From contig OX597822.1 in the NCBI GenBank assembly GCA_951406725.2, positions 70,618,001 to 70,682,000 on the forward strand: 64,000 bases of DNA, given 5' to 3'. Origin of the DNA: Octopus vulgaris (taxonomy: Eukaryota). Each line of letters begins with the position of its first letter. Positions within the stretch are counted from its first letter, which is position 1. Both the position numbers and the translations under genes were made by a program. Under the pieces are notes generated by a model. The model was not told the DNA's origin. It saw nothing but the letters and a program-made list of their open reading frames with translations, and searched no databases. This document shows, piece by piece, positions 24,776 through 37,907 of this stretch.

Positions 24776-27589
24776 AAAATACAAGAATCTGTCTCCATTC
24801 CAAATCTCTGCTTTTTAAGACAAGTATGTTTTAATAATTGTTTTCTTTCATCACTTAGCAAAATAGCTGTGCCACTACTGAAGGTGGATACGTTTTAGTA
24901 AGAATTTTACTTAAATTACATAAAGATAATTTAGATCTGAAGACCTTATTACACTTTTGGAGAAATGAAGTAGGAAGCTGTGAGAATCCTGACAATGTGA
25001 AGCAATTGCTATTAAGAGCTAAACCCATTGGCGCCATTCACCAAAAACATACTATATTGACTCACAAATGCCATTCTTTGTTGTTGTTGTTTTTTTTTTG
25101 TAATACTCCCACCACTTCTTTGCTGAACAAAAATTGCTTTACTCTTATTGCAGGCAGTAATACTTGATGTACATAGGATAAAAATCAATAGGATTAGATC
25201 TACTGAAAAATCAAATGTATTCCAATATTCCACTGAGGTATTACTACCTTTTAAGTATTCTGTAGCAGCATCTGTGGTAGTTTTAACTTAGATTTAGTGA
25301 TTCACTTTCATATAAAGAATACCCAAAGTTATTGAAAATGTTAAACATAGTAATACTTCTGAAGAAGCTTTAAGTCCCATTGCATAGTTGAGTAAAGCTG
25401 TCAATTTTCGGCAGTTGAAGCAATGACAGCAGTCTGCTGCTGGCTGCTATCTGCCATTATTGTATCATTAAAACTGAAAATCATTGTTGTGTCCATGCGA
25501 AAAGTAGCATATTTCCATAAAAATGCAAAATCTCCCAGTTGTTAAAAATAAACAGACAATGATTGCTTCTACCCTGCTATTCCCAACCTACACACAGATC
25601 AGTACCCTTGAATAGCTTTCTTAATTACAGTAGCTATTTTCGTCATTGATTGCTCGTTACAATAACATTGTTATTTATTCATAACTTTTCGCTATTTCCC
25701 CATTAAGTTTCGCATAATATTTTTAACATGTTTATCTGAAAATCAAGTGAGAAGGGTGTCAGAGGTGCATTATGGGATGAAGTATTGACCTCTCGAGAGC
25801 ATTATTGATCTGGGTTCAATGTCGATTAGTGGCTGATATCTCCTATTCTGTCACTTGTCTCCTACATGTGAGATGTTACAAAAGACAATCGGATTGTCAG
25901 CTTCAGTTTCCATTTCCATCACTGAGAAATATGGAATTGGTTACTGTACAGGTGGGGGTGGTTGTGGGTGGCCTTCGGAATCCCTTTTAAGTTGACAGAG
26001 AACATGTTTATAGAAAGGGACATTTGACTGAATTGCCTTTAGTTTCTTACTGGTACTTACTTCATTGGACCCAGATGGTTTTGTGGAAAATATATACCAG
26101 CCTGTTTCTTTCCAGAAAAATAAAGGCCCTATGCGATTGCTTTTGTGTGTGAGTACATATATCTTTTTGATGAAGTATGAAATCTGACTTTCTGTCACAT
26201 ACACAATATCTCAAATGGATTGTTTTGCTTAGGTTCTCATCTCCACCTCCCCCTATTAGTTTGGAGATAAATTAGGGGGTTTGTTTCAGGTGAAGGATAT
26301 TTAGATTATCTTCTGCAAATCCATCTCTGGAAGCACGCAACCTTGTATAATATTTGACAATGCATTTTCTAGTTGCACCATTTGTATTGGCTTCTAAATT
26401 TCACCTGAAATCTTCCATGTCCCTTTGTTAATTGTGTCCGTATATGATCAACAGTTAATTACTGTTGCCCAGCTTTGTATTCTGACACTAACATGCTTAC
26501 CTGCTTGTCAGAACAAAGAAAGAAAGCAAAATATTTATTTCTTAAATCTAGTTAGATATCTGAATTCATTCATTGCATGTAAAAGTGCTTAGCATGCATG
26601 CACAATGCGTGCGTGCAAATGCACACACACACACACACGTGTAGGTATTGATTAGTCAATGTGAAACACAGCCGACTAAAACTCCTGATTGATTTGTTCC
26701 ATATAAACACGCAGAAAATATATACCCTGCTGCTTATTTTCCATACAATCCAATTTCTACCATTGGATTCCATTTGAAAACATGGGAACACTTTTATTAT
26801 TTTATTATTGTTCATGTTGCTATTACGGTTGTTATTATTATTGTCATAACTTGTTGCAACAGAACAGATGGTCAAAGCACGAGAACATCAGTATAGATGT
26901 TTCACAATACTCTGTAGTTTGAAGTTGCTGAAATAATAGCAACAGTGTAATGAGATCAATAAAATAAGTACCAGGAATTAATCTAATTGACTGTACCACT
27001 CCATTAAAATAATTTTTGCCCAATTGAAAATCGTTAATCACACACCTTTATTTTTACCAAGAGTCTTTGTCAGTTTTTAGCTTTTATTAAATAATGGGCA
27101 AACATTATGCTTTGTCTGCAAAATGTTTCTCCTGCGGATGTTTTATTAAGAATTATCGTAATGGGTATTTCTTTTGACAAGGCACAATGTCAATATTTTT
27201 AGGGAAGTCTGATATTGACTTTAATGCGTTCTCCATCTCTGACATATTATTGGTGCTTATTTTATCAAACTTCTAGAAAGATGAAAGCAAAGTCGATGCT
27301 GCTATGATTTGACTTCAGAACCAAGAGTAACAGAAATATTTCAGAGATGCAAATGTAGTAATGTATTTCATCTAAGCTCTATGTTTGTTACCTAGGCTAG
27401 CTATATACCTATATTCAATGCCCTAATTAATGTAAAATTAATTGCCCCCCACCCCAACTAGAGCTGAATTAGTCAAAGGACACTCCACATGTTATGACTG
27501 TGACTGGATTGGCATTTCACTGTCACTTGTTGGAATGTCTTGTTGAAACATGTAACCAGTTACCTCAAGAGTTTTTGTTTGTGTTTTAA

Positions 27590-28148
27590 TCCTCTTACTC
27601 ATTTCAGCTGTTGGACTGTAGCCATACTGGAGCACTGCATTGAAAGGTTTAGTGGATGAAATCAACCCCCAATACAATTTTTTTCCATTTTGTTAAAATA
27701 AGTTTGGTACTTATTTCTGGCAGCTTCTTTTGCAGAACTACTAAGCTATAAGGATATCAATGAATAAGCACTGACTGTTAAGAGGTGGTGAAGGTGGATA
27801 AATACAAAGACATACACACACATACAAACATTTATACAAATATAGCTACATATATGTGTGTGTGAGTGTTTGTGTATATATATATATATATATATACATA
27901 TATATATGTATGTATGTGTAAATGTGTGTATGTATATTCTTTTTTTCTTTTATTTGCTTCAGTCATTTGACTGTGCCCATGCTGGAGCACCGCCTTTAAT
28001 CAAACAAATCAACCCTAGGTCTTATTCTTTGTAAGCCTAGTACCTATTCTATTGATCCCCCTTGCCGAACCACCAAGCCATGGGGACGTAAACAAAACAA
28101 CATCAGTTGTCAAGCGATGATGGGAGGGGGGCAAACACAGAGACACAA

Positions 28149-28191
<43 letters not shown>

Positions 28192-28410
28192 ACGGGTTTC
28201 TTTCAGTTTTTGTCTACTAAATGCACTCGCGAGGCTTTGGTTGGCCCAAGGCTGTAGTAGAAGACATTTGCTGAAGTTGCCACACAGTAGAACTGAACCC
28301 TGAACCATGTGCAAGCAACTTACCGCAAAGCCACTCCTGTGCTTTATATATATATATATATATATAAATGTAGAAATTTATATATACATACATATGTGTG
28401 TGTGTGTGTA

Positions 28411-28445
<35 letters not shown>

Positions 28446-28600
28446 GAATGATTGGCTTCCACACAGTTTTCAATCACCAAACTCACAAAGCATTGATCTG
28501 CTTGGGCTTATACTAGAAGACATTTACTGAAGGTGCTATGCAGTGAGTCTTAAACCCAACACCATATGGTTGCCAAGTGAACTTCTTAACCACACAGCAT
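27590..28600 (-). mobile_element. Older SINE A split by a younger SINE A inserted in its microsatellite
   Basis: 3' half at 27590-27830 and 5' half at 28448-28600 flank the complete copy at 27945-28341. Confidence 0.65.
27945..28341 (-). mobile_element. SINE family A, full length
   Basis: Reverse of the consensus, from ttcagtcatttgactg to gccactcctgtgc. Confidence 0.9.
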
Positions 28601-29043
28601 TTTCTGTGCGTATTTGTGAAAACAGTTTTGCAACAGATAGCTACTGCTTCACTAGAAAAGTCTCATTGTAAATAATAGATAGTATTTTGTCACCTTGAGT
28701 GATATCACTGTTTTGATATTAATAAGGATTCGTTTTCTAATGTTGTTATTTTGAATCTTTCTAAAAGAGTGGAGTTTATACAATACAGTAGCATACTGGT
28801 TTGGAACAGGAATTAAGATTAATGTCTTGTTCTGTGGATGTTGAATGGCATCTGATTTTATAGATCATATTCAAGTCTTACCATGCTTTTGAGAAACTGA
28901 AATGACTGTGTATAAAGTGTGATATTTTCAGCTCAGGGGCTCCAAGTTTGTCTTTCACCACCACCACTGTTACTGTGCTGTAGTCTTGGAAAAGACACTG
29001 AATATTTTTTGCCTTGTCTATTTAGCATTAGGTTATTCTTGGT

Positions 29044-29387
29044 GATGGCACATGGCTCAGTGGTTAGAGCATCGAGCTCACAATCATGAGGTAGTGAGTT
29101 TGATTCCCGGACTGGGCTGCGTGTTGTGTTCTTGAGCAAGACACTTTATTTCATGTTGTTCCAGTTCACTCAGCTGTAGAAATGAGTTGTGATGTCACTG
29201 GTGTCAATCTGTATCATGGCCTTTGCCTTTCCCTTGGGCAACATCAGTGGCAGGAAGACGAGAGGCTGGTATGCATGGGTGGTGGATAGTCTTTCATAAA
29301 TAACCTTGCATGGACTTGTGCCTCAGAGAGGAACTTTCTAGGTGCAACCCCATGGTCATTAGTGACTGAAGGGGGTCTTTACCCTTT
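29044..29387 (+). mobile_element. tRNA-derived SINE family D with CORE-like block
   Basis: A box TGGCTCAGTGG, B box GAGTTTGATTCC, then tgtgttcttgagcaagacacttt. Imperfect TSD ttattct..gtga. Confidence 0.85.
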
Positions 29388-29527
29388 ATTCTAGTGAAAG
29401 TAGAGATAGCTACCTAGTTAGATATATATTTATAGAGATAGAGAGAGTAGAGAGAGAGAGAAATGAAGAAAATTGAAATTTATGTATAATCGAGTTGCTT
29501 ATAACCCTAAGATCAAAGTATACCATT

Positions 29528-29772
29528 TACTTTCTACTTGTTTCAGCCTTTGGACTGTGGCCATGCTGGGACACCACATTGGGGTGTCTAGTCGAATAAA
29601 TTGACCCCAGCTTTTTTTATAGTTTGAACTTATTCTGTCAGTCTCTTTTGCCAAACTGCTAGGTTATGTGGAATCAAACAGCCCAACACTCATTGTCAAG
29701 CAAGGTGCTGTGCAGTGGAATTGAACTGCACAGCACCACATGGTTGCAGAACAAGTGTTTTAAGCACACAGT
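29528..29772 (-). mobile_element. SINE family A with internal deletion and acquired hairpin
   Basis: ttgtcaag is joined directly to caaggtgc; 13-bp inverted repeat at 29704-29737. Confidence 0.8.
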
Positions 29773-30088
29773 AAAAACAATAACCAATATTTTCTACAGT
29801 TTGTAACATGATAATCTATATTTTCCCCAACAAAAAATGTCACAAGGAATATTTTGTTTGTTCACATCACAAGTTGAACAGTAAGATGTTGGTAGTAAGA
29901 GATATTTTTGTGACAAGAGTATTAACCTAACTGCTTTATAACTGGCACCAAAGAAATACTACAACAGAAATTACTAAACTATACATTGTCACATCAAATT
30001 ATAAACTAACATAAAGAAATTTGCGTCTGATTTAGAAACAATTTTGAAGATAAAGGAATGGTTTAACTAAGAAAAATAAAATAAAAAA

Positions 30089-30124
<36 letters not shown>

Positions 30125-30221
30125 CAATTTTAAATTAATGGTGAACTTAAGTTTACCAACAAACATCAGGAAATTGTAGCCATCTTTTGACGTGAACCAG
30201 AAATAGATTTAAAATCATTAG

Positions 30222-30263
30222 ATGGAGGAGGAAAATGATATTGAAAAAGATGGTGGCAGTGGG
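30222..30263 (+). CDS. Candidate first (or 42-nt cassette) exon MEEENDIEKDGGSG, ends phase 0
   Basis: ATGG start, 14 purine-rich codons, donor GGG|GTAAGT. In frame with 31883 and 50643. Confidence 0.35.
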
Positions 30264-31327
30264 GTAAGTGTGTGGGTGGCGGGGATGGATTGAAGGAAAA
30301 CAATGTTTGAATTAATTAGATTATTTTTGCTTTTGTTCTAATTCATCAATTAAATTGGAGTTTAATTAGAAAATTAAACATCACTTTAGCAATGAGCATT
30401 CACTGGCTTTTAATGACTGGCTATTTTTGTGCAAATAGAATTAGTAGATTAGCAACTGCAATGCGCTAAAGGTCTTGACTATGGGACAGATGACTTTTGA
30501 AATGAAAATAGCAAAATTGTGCAGTGACTAATCATACAAGATTAGAAGTTTTGTTGAAATAAATTCATAAAGGAAAAAATAAAAGGAGAGAGAGAAAGAG
30601 AAAGAGCGATTATTTGGTTATTGTAATGAAAACAATAAAATATCCAAAAATGAAAGAAACAGATTTCAATAAATGAACGTTGAAATGCAACGAGGCAGTA
30701 AAATGAAGTAAAGCATCGGGATAAAAGGTTAAGAGAGAATTTTGAAGAGAAACAATAGCATGAAAAAAAAAAAAAGCAAACAAAAACACACACATACACA
30801 CAAAGGAACAACAATATCAACAGATGAGAGGTAGAGAGCAAAGGATAGATAGATACCATTAAGATAAGGGAGAACAGTATGGATACAGTTTTTGTTTTAT
30901 AACTTAGCAAGCATAGAAATTTAATTGTAAATAACTTTTTACTTTTTGCTTAAAAAAAGAGAAAATATAACTTTTATTTAGATAAGCTAATAGATGCAAA
31001 GTACTAATCAGTGATGTTTTTTTTCCCCCTAAATATTCATTATTTTTTCCTAGTTTTTACAAAGAAAAATTGCTGCATATAAATCTGTGTTAATTTTATG
31101 AGCTAACAAAGTATTATGGGTGAATTCTACATATTATGTATTCTGGCAAGCATGCATTCACTGCAGCATTAACGTCATTAAATTAAGTAGTGAGGCCAAT
31201 CTGCTACGGATGTTCACTTTAGAAGTCCTTTTTGCTCTTCTCATGGATTGATGGTTTCAGGGAGATTTTTCCAGAAGACAAAGAAGAGATAGAAAGTGTG
31301 TTTGTGGGGAGTTAACGTGATATAATA

Positions 31328-31375
<48 letters not shown>

Positions 31376-31882
31376 TATACATTGTATGTATGTTTACATA
31401 TACATATACATATATATCAGTGTGTGTATGTTGGTATGTGAGTATGCATGTATTTATATTTGTGTGTACATATGCATACATACATACATTATATATATAT
31501 ATATATATAGTGGAATAAAATTAGTAGTAGTACTGCCGCTGATGGTGTGAGGGAGGATTTCTCGTCAGCCATCAATTATATGACTGTATATCATGAGTCA
31601 AATGCAGTAGTAGCCTGCGAGCTATGAGAGTTTTTGGTTTTTCACAAATGGATTCCATGTAAAAGAATCTTCAATAGTGATTGTTACTTAAGGCACTTGA
31701 TTACTTTTGGAGGAAAAATAAATTTCCTATTCACACGTGTGCACATGTATGTACACACACACACACACACACCATACACATACACGCATGTACATATCCA
31801 TCTTAGTTTGTCTCATCTTATTTCCCATTTTTGTCACCTCTGCCTCCCAACTAACCCCTATCCTCACCTGCTGCATTCCCAG

Positions 31883-31931
31883 AGGGGTTTCGGAATTGAC
31901 AAAAAAGGAAAACCAGATTATATTGCCAGAG
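31883..31931 (+). CDS. 49-nt exon (RGFGIDKKGKPDYIAR if phase 0 to 1; GVSELTKKENQIILPE if phase 2 to 0)
   Basis: Branch point aCTAAC at 31850-31855, pyrimidine tract with TGCTGC, cccAG acceptor, donor GAG|GTGAGT. Confidence 0.6.
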
Positions 31932-32514
31932 GTGAGTGGAGCATTGAGACCTTTTCCCTTTGGAATTCACAGAAATCATAGAAATGTGTGTCTCGATGAT
32001 GTATAAAGCCATACTTTAAAAATAGTGTAATGCAAAATATAATGATGTTTAGCTTGATAGTAAAAAAAATAATTATAAAATAAAATAAAATAAAATAATT
32101 ATAAAATAAAATAAAATAAAATGAAATAAATATGAAATATATTTCTGCGGAACTTTTCTCAAAAATATATTCTTATTTCATGCCAACAGGCCTAAACAAT
32201 CTCTAAAGTTTTGAAACTTGAGCTCAAATCTGGGGCTAAAATTTCATTATTACATGAAAGATTACATAAGACTTCAGTAAGTACACAGCCACTGCCAATA
32301 CCATTGTCACAACCATCATCATTTCACATTTGTTTTCAATGCTGGAATGGTCGAATAATTTGAGAGGATCAGACAAGCCACATTGCAACATTGGCCTCCA
32401 AGGTCAGTTTTGGAATAATTTCTATGGCTTGAAGTTCTTCCTCAAATTAGTTATTTCTCTAAACCTTTCATAATTCTAGGTTATTTTCTTCTTATTATTT
32501 GTTGTTATTCCTTA

Positions 32515-32920
32515 AGGACAGTGGATAACAGAAAATGGTAGAGCATTAGACTGAATTCTTTACTTCGCCTATTGCATTCTGAATTCAAATCCTATCAATG
32601 TCAACCTTATCTCTCCTCTCTATACACGGCCAAGATAATAGAGTACCAGTTAAGTACTGGCAGATAGTTTTGATCAGCTGTTTGATTTCCTTGTACCTAT
32701 GTTAGGTGAACTCAGCCTTTCATCTTTTTGGAATCAGTTAAAAGAAAGTAACAGCCAAATATTGGGGTTGATGTAATTGACTTCTCTCTCCCATCAGAAT
32801 TGCTGACCTTATTCCAAAATTATTATTTTAATTATTAAGCACCAGTGGAACACTGGGGTCGTTGTAATCGACTAGTCCCCTTACCTCAAATTTCAGGCTT
32901 TGTGCTTTTATTAGAAAGAA
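32515..32920 (+). mobile_element. Cluster of degenerate SINE B fragments
   Basis: Three partial repeats of ttctgaattcaaatcc, gtaccagtt.agtactgg and ctggggtc..tgtaatcgact blocks. Confidence 0.6.
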
Positions 32921-33022
32921 TTGTTGTTGTTGTTGTTGTTCGTCATCTTCTTCTTCTTCTCCTCCTCCTCCTCCTCCTCCTCCTATTGTTATTGTTATTA
33001 TTATTATTGCTGCTGCTGCAGC
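32921..33022. repeat. Compound trinucleotide microsatellite (GTT, CTT, CCT, ATT, GCT blocks)
   Basis: Directly visible; produces the poly-V/L/S/Y ORFs. Confidence 0.95.
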
Positions 33023-33246
33023 AGCGAGCTGGCAGAATCATTAGCATGCCGGGCAAAATGCTTAGCCATATTTCGTCTGTTGCTAAGTTTTAAGTTCAAA
33101 TTCCGCCAAGGCCGACTTTGCCTTTGATACTTTTGGGTTCGATAAATTAAGTACCAGTTGAGTGCTGGGGTCAATGTGATTGACCTACCCCTTCCCCCAC
33201 AAATTTCAAGCCTTGTACTTTTAGTAGAAAGGATTATTATTATTAT
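33023..33246 (+). mobile_element. SINE family B, full length with (att)n tail
   Basis: gcgagctggcagaatcattagc head through gtagaaaggattattattatt. Confidence 0.9.
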
Positions 33247-33936
33247 TTCTTAAATTGGATTAACATTTGAAATTTATACAATGAAAATAAATAAAAAAAT
33301 TTCTCTAGAGCATTAATGATGTTAGTGAAGAAATTCTGTCTGTGTACTCATTCTGCTATAAACTACCGCTCCATCATATTTTTCTATATGTAAAACCAAA
33401 CTAACATACAAACAAAACAACCCTTTTCTTAAGGCACTAGATCCAGCTTTACAGAGGAGATGGACTGGTCAGATAATTGACTTTGAAGACCAAGACAGAG
33501 ATTCAGTTCCAACTCCAATTAATTTGGGGTGAGGGTAAGGATTGGTTGGTGGGTCGGCACATACAAACTCGACTAACTTGAAACTAAAATAAATCCACAA
33601 AGGAAATAAATTGTATTAGTTTCTGAAAAATAAGGGAATGAAAATGTCTTCTCTTGTTTATTCACTGACAGCTTCTTAGAATATCTTTGTTTCCTCTGTT
33701 GGTTTAACTTCTTTTATCCCCACCAATATTTTTCTTGTTGACTCTTCTGTCCTTCTTCACCGTGTTTATTGTATTTACCAATTTACATTGTCTCTGATGG
33801 TGCTTCTCAGTCTAATATTCTGTCCGAAAATGAATAGGCATGACTGTGTGGTCAGAGGGTGAGAACGAGGGGTTGCTTCGCTCGGGGATTTGCTAGGCAA
33901 AATATCATAACACGCACAATTATTTTCCACTATCAT

Positions 33937-34334
33937 TGGTGCAGGTGTGGCTGTGTGGTAAGAAGCTGGCTTCTCAACCACAAGGTTCCAGGTTCAGTCT
34001 CATTACACAGCACCTTTGGCAAGCATTCTTTCCACTAAAGCCCCATGCTGATCAGAGCCTTATGAGTGGATTTAATCAACAGAAACTGAAAGAAGCCTGT
34101 GGTATGTGGTTGTGTGTGTATGTGCATGTCCTCTTCCACCACTTGACAGCCAGTGTTGGTTTGTTTATGTCCCTGTAACTTAGGAGTTTGGCAAAAAAAG
34201 GGACTGATAATTTAAGTATCAGTCTTTAAAAGGAAAAAAGAAGTACTGGGTTCAATTAGTTCAAGTAGACCCTTCAAGGTGGTGACCCAGCATGGCCGCA
34301 TTCCAATGACTGAAACTAGTACAAGAGCAAAAGA
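33937..34334 (+). mobile_element. SINE family A (diverged, full length)
   Basis: ggtgcaggtgtggctgtgtggtaag through aatgactgaaactagta. Confidence 0.85.
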
Positions 34335-34409
34335 ATATCAGGGTAAAGATATTCTATAATGTGGCAGCGTATTTTGTTGTAGATAAGTGTTTGTTGGCAT
34401 CTTGACTAG

Positions 34410-34540
34410 AAACTGGTACCTCGTATCCCGTCAGCAGTGCTGCAGCCTCAGGCAACATTTACAGAGCAAATCATCGAAATTCTCCTCAGTTTTGTACTGA
34501 AGACACAATCAAAAGAGAACTGAACAGAAATGGATATGTG
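34410..34540 (+). CDS. Weak candidate 131-nt exon (ETGTSYPVSSAAASGNIYRANHRNSPQFCTEDTIKRELNRNGYV, phase 1 to 0)
   Basis: Non-repetitive, GC-richer open stretch. Acceptor cttgactAG and donor GTG|GTTTGG are both weak. Confidence 0.25.
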
Positions 34541-36099
34541 GTTTGGTACTTTAAACTGCCAAAATAGAATAAATTCATTTAAGAACTGAATAATATCTGC
34601 TTCTGCATCTTAACGTTTTGATTCGATCATTAAATTCGGCTCTTTTGGAAATCCCATAGAAAACAGCAGGCATAGTCTTTTGAAGCATGTGCTCACCCCA
34701 TCTCTCTCTTTCTCGCTCTCTCTCTCTCTCTCTCTCTCGTCATGGTGGTAGTGGTGGTGTTGTTGCTAACTATGTAAGGACTGCAGCATTTCATAAATAA
34801 TTCTACACCCATTATCTTACTTCAAGTTTTGCTTTTGGTTTCTAGAATAAAAAAAAAAAAGAAAATGAAAGGAAAGAACATAGTTTATAAAATATAGTTC
34901 TAAATAATTATTGACTTAAAAGGCCTTTTATTGTTGATTTTTAATTGGGAGTTACAATTCTCTTTGGTCCCATTCACCAAAGGGACAGTCATTTTGTCTC
35001 GGTCGTCTGTATACGATTTATGCTAGAAGTAGTCGCTTTACTGGCTTGGTTTGGTGGATAGAGGATATTCCTTTTATAGAATTCTGCTTGCAATGAATTT
35101 TCTGTCAAATAAATATATTAATCTACTTTCAATATAGACAAGTTTGGCATTCCCCCCTCTCTCTCTCTCTTTCTTTCTTTTTCTCTTTCTTCTGACTTAT
35201 TATATCACTTCCAAACTTATAAATTTTATATCAGCTGCCAATCAATTAAATCTGCTTTAAATAGAATAAATTATATTCATTCATAGTAGTATAGGATAAT
35301 AGTACTTGCATACATTCATTCATCCGCTCTCTGTATGTATCTATCTTTGTAAATACCTGACTGACCCAAAGCTTGCGAGTGAATAAAGCAGTTCTGTTGC
35401 ATGCCATGCCTGGTAAGACAAGGAATTTTAAATTCACCGGGCCATTATTTGTGTGAACTTTTGGATCACGTTAGTATTACTGAGATGGGAGTTCACGCCA
35501 AATTTGAACCCTTATAATAATCTTCCCTGCTGAGCTTTTAAGTGTGTACTACACAAGAAATTTTGTGTATTATGTATATGTATATGTATTCATTCTCATG
35601 TGCATCTGCATGTAATTTTCATGATGAAATGCAATTATGCAGTAATTCCAGTTCCAAAATATCACAGAGAACCTTGAATTCTCATTTAAAGACATCTTAT
35701 GTCAAAGACATTCTCATTAAATAATTCAACTCTAGCACCATGCTGGGCTGTCAGAAGAACTCTCAACTCGGTTTGCGGACATTATTGAATGAAGAATCTA
35801 AGAAGAAAGGCTGGGCTGTATTAAGTAAGAACCAGCTGTGTGTTGAAAACTTGGGTCTGCAACAAATCTGAGGTTGGAACAGGTTAATTATTGAGGAAAA
35901 GCGTAGATAAAGATCAACTCAACACTGAGAATATCATTTGATAATTAGATATGCATCCAAGAATTCAAAGATTATGGGAGGTGCAATTGGTGGGACTTTG
36001 CAGCAGGGACTTCTCTTGGTTTCTTTAATTTCTCTCTAATCAATAAGCTGTCATACTACTATTAACAGTATTTGGGGAGACATTGTGCTGCCTTATCTT

Positions 36100-36293
36100 G
36101 CCCAGGTATTTTACCTGTCTTATGCTTAAACAGGCCAGATCTTACCTCTCACACCTACCCTACTATGTCATTACAGAAGTAAACAATCACATCGTTGAAA
36201 TCCTGAAGCTATGAGATATTGCATGATTGATTCAAAACAATGCGAATAAATAGGCAATACATTTGACAGAGTAATCTGAATTCTGAAGGATTA
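36100..36293 (+). mobile_element. TTAA MITE, second family, degenerate
   Basis: Matches the interior of 14321-14539. Confidence 0.65.
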
Positions 36294-36575
36294 CAACTCT
36301 GAAGGGATGATAAAAATTTTATGGTTTTTGCTTTCTCTTGAATTTGTCTCTGCCGACAAACATAACTTGCACATGTGTGCGTGCAAGCTTCAACCCCGCC
36401 ATCCTTTACTCTTTTTTCCCTTTTGTTTGCCATCATCATCTCCATTATTATTCCGGTGGGCTCTGTGCTGCAGTTGTAAGTTCTCAGTGAACTCGTGCCG
36501 CAGGCTGGTTTCTATTTCCATTTGAGGCCAACCATTCCCTTCTGTTTAAATAGGACAGCGTCTTAATTGTTCCTG

Positions 36576-36610
<35 letters not shown>

Positions 36611-36931
36611 ATTTAAGGCTTGATGACTTGAGTAACAAGTATTGTCGTTGACATTGTTATCATTATCAACATTGTTTAAATAAATTTAGAGACTGATGTA
36701 AAGTAATTAACTGTTACTTTCTCTTAATTCATATATCTCTCTGTCTCTCTCTATCTCTCTGTCTCTCTCTATCTCTCTGTCTCTGTCTCTTTGTCTCTCT
36801 GTACACAGCATGGAAATTATTAAAAATGGGAATGTGTTTGCTTTAAAAAAAATTGTAACTTTTAATATCTCATGCTCCATTAAAGTTATTTTAGTTGGTC
36901 TAAGCAAATACAAATTTAGTGTGTGTGTGTA

Positions 36932-36986
<55 letters not shown>

Positions 36987-37859
36987 TTGTATAAACTGCT
37001 TTATTATCATTTTAATGGGATTTCCCTAATGTTTACATGTTTTGGGGTTAGGTTTTATTTATTTTTACACGTGCTTGGATGCCCTGTTTTTAACATCATC
37101 ATGGCTGTTTTTAAAAACATCCGTTGAGTCCAAAACATTATATCTTTCATTTAAATTATTCTTTTTAGCCTTGAGGTCTTCCTCCCCCCACCCCAACTTT
37201 TACTAGTAACTCTTTGGCTTTCTCATTCTTGGTTTTATGCCAATTTCTCTTAAACTTTTTCTTTTCTTACTATCTTCATCGCATATACATATCTTCTGCC
37301 ATCATTTTCCTTCCTCTACCTGCAAATCACTTTTTTTTTTTCTACACCTTCTTCTCAAAAATTCCATCCACTCTTGCTATCTCCTGTAGAACATGCATTT
37401 CTCTGCTGCACCATTTTATAATGCAACTCTGTTATCAGTCCGTCCCAGTCAATAGCCCTACCCTTCTCTCATCTTCACAGACAATTTTCCTTATTACTGC
37501 CAGCCCCACCCTACCTCATCAACTCTCTGCAATCTTTCTATAAGGAAGAACCAAAGAGCTTGAAATCTTCCATTACTGAATATAAGTCTTTGGGACTAAT
37601 TGCGTCAATAAATTGATTTCTTTGCAGCCCTTATAAGTTTATTGGTGGAAAATGTAAATGCCAGGACACAGCACAAAATTCTCAGTGATTCTGAAATCCC
37701 ATAAATACGGAATATTGGAGCAGTACCCCTCTCCCCAATTTATCTCTTAAAACTTCTCTGCAAATGGACCCAGCTTGTAATGCTTCTCCTGTTCTAAAGG
37801 CTTTTATATGTCAGAGTGTGTATTTGTCTACCCAACAGCTTCTATATAGATATATATAA

Positions 37860-37907
<48 letters not shown>

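Noticed and set aside
25884-25898. Palindrome GACAATC-G-GATTGTC
   Set aside because: A 7-bp arm palindrome is expected occasionally in 64 kb, and there is no supporting context.
29044-29115. tRNA-like sequences with A and B boxes (also 61671-61745)
   Set aside because: They are SINE heads: no complete cloverleaf, and they continue into SINE bodies bounded by TSDs.
31538-31575. Minus-strand TGATGG-CTGACGA-GAAA...CCATCA resembling a hammerhead core
   Set aside because: There is no stem II between CUGACGA and GAAA, and no stem III or cleavage triplet geometry.
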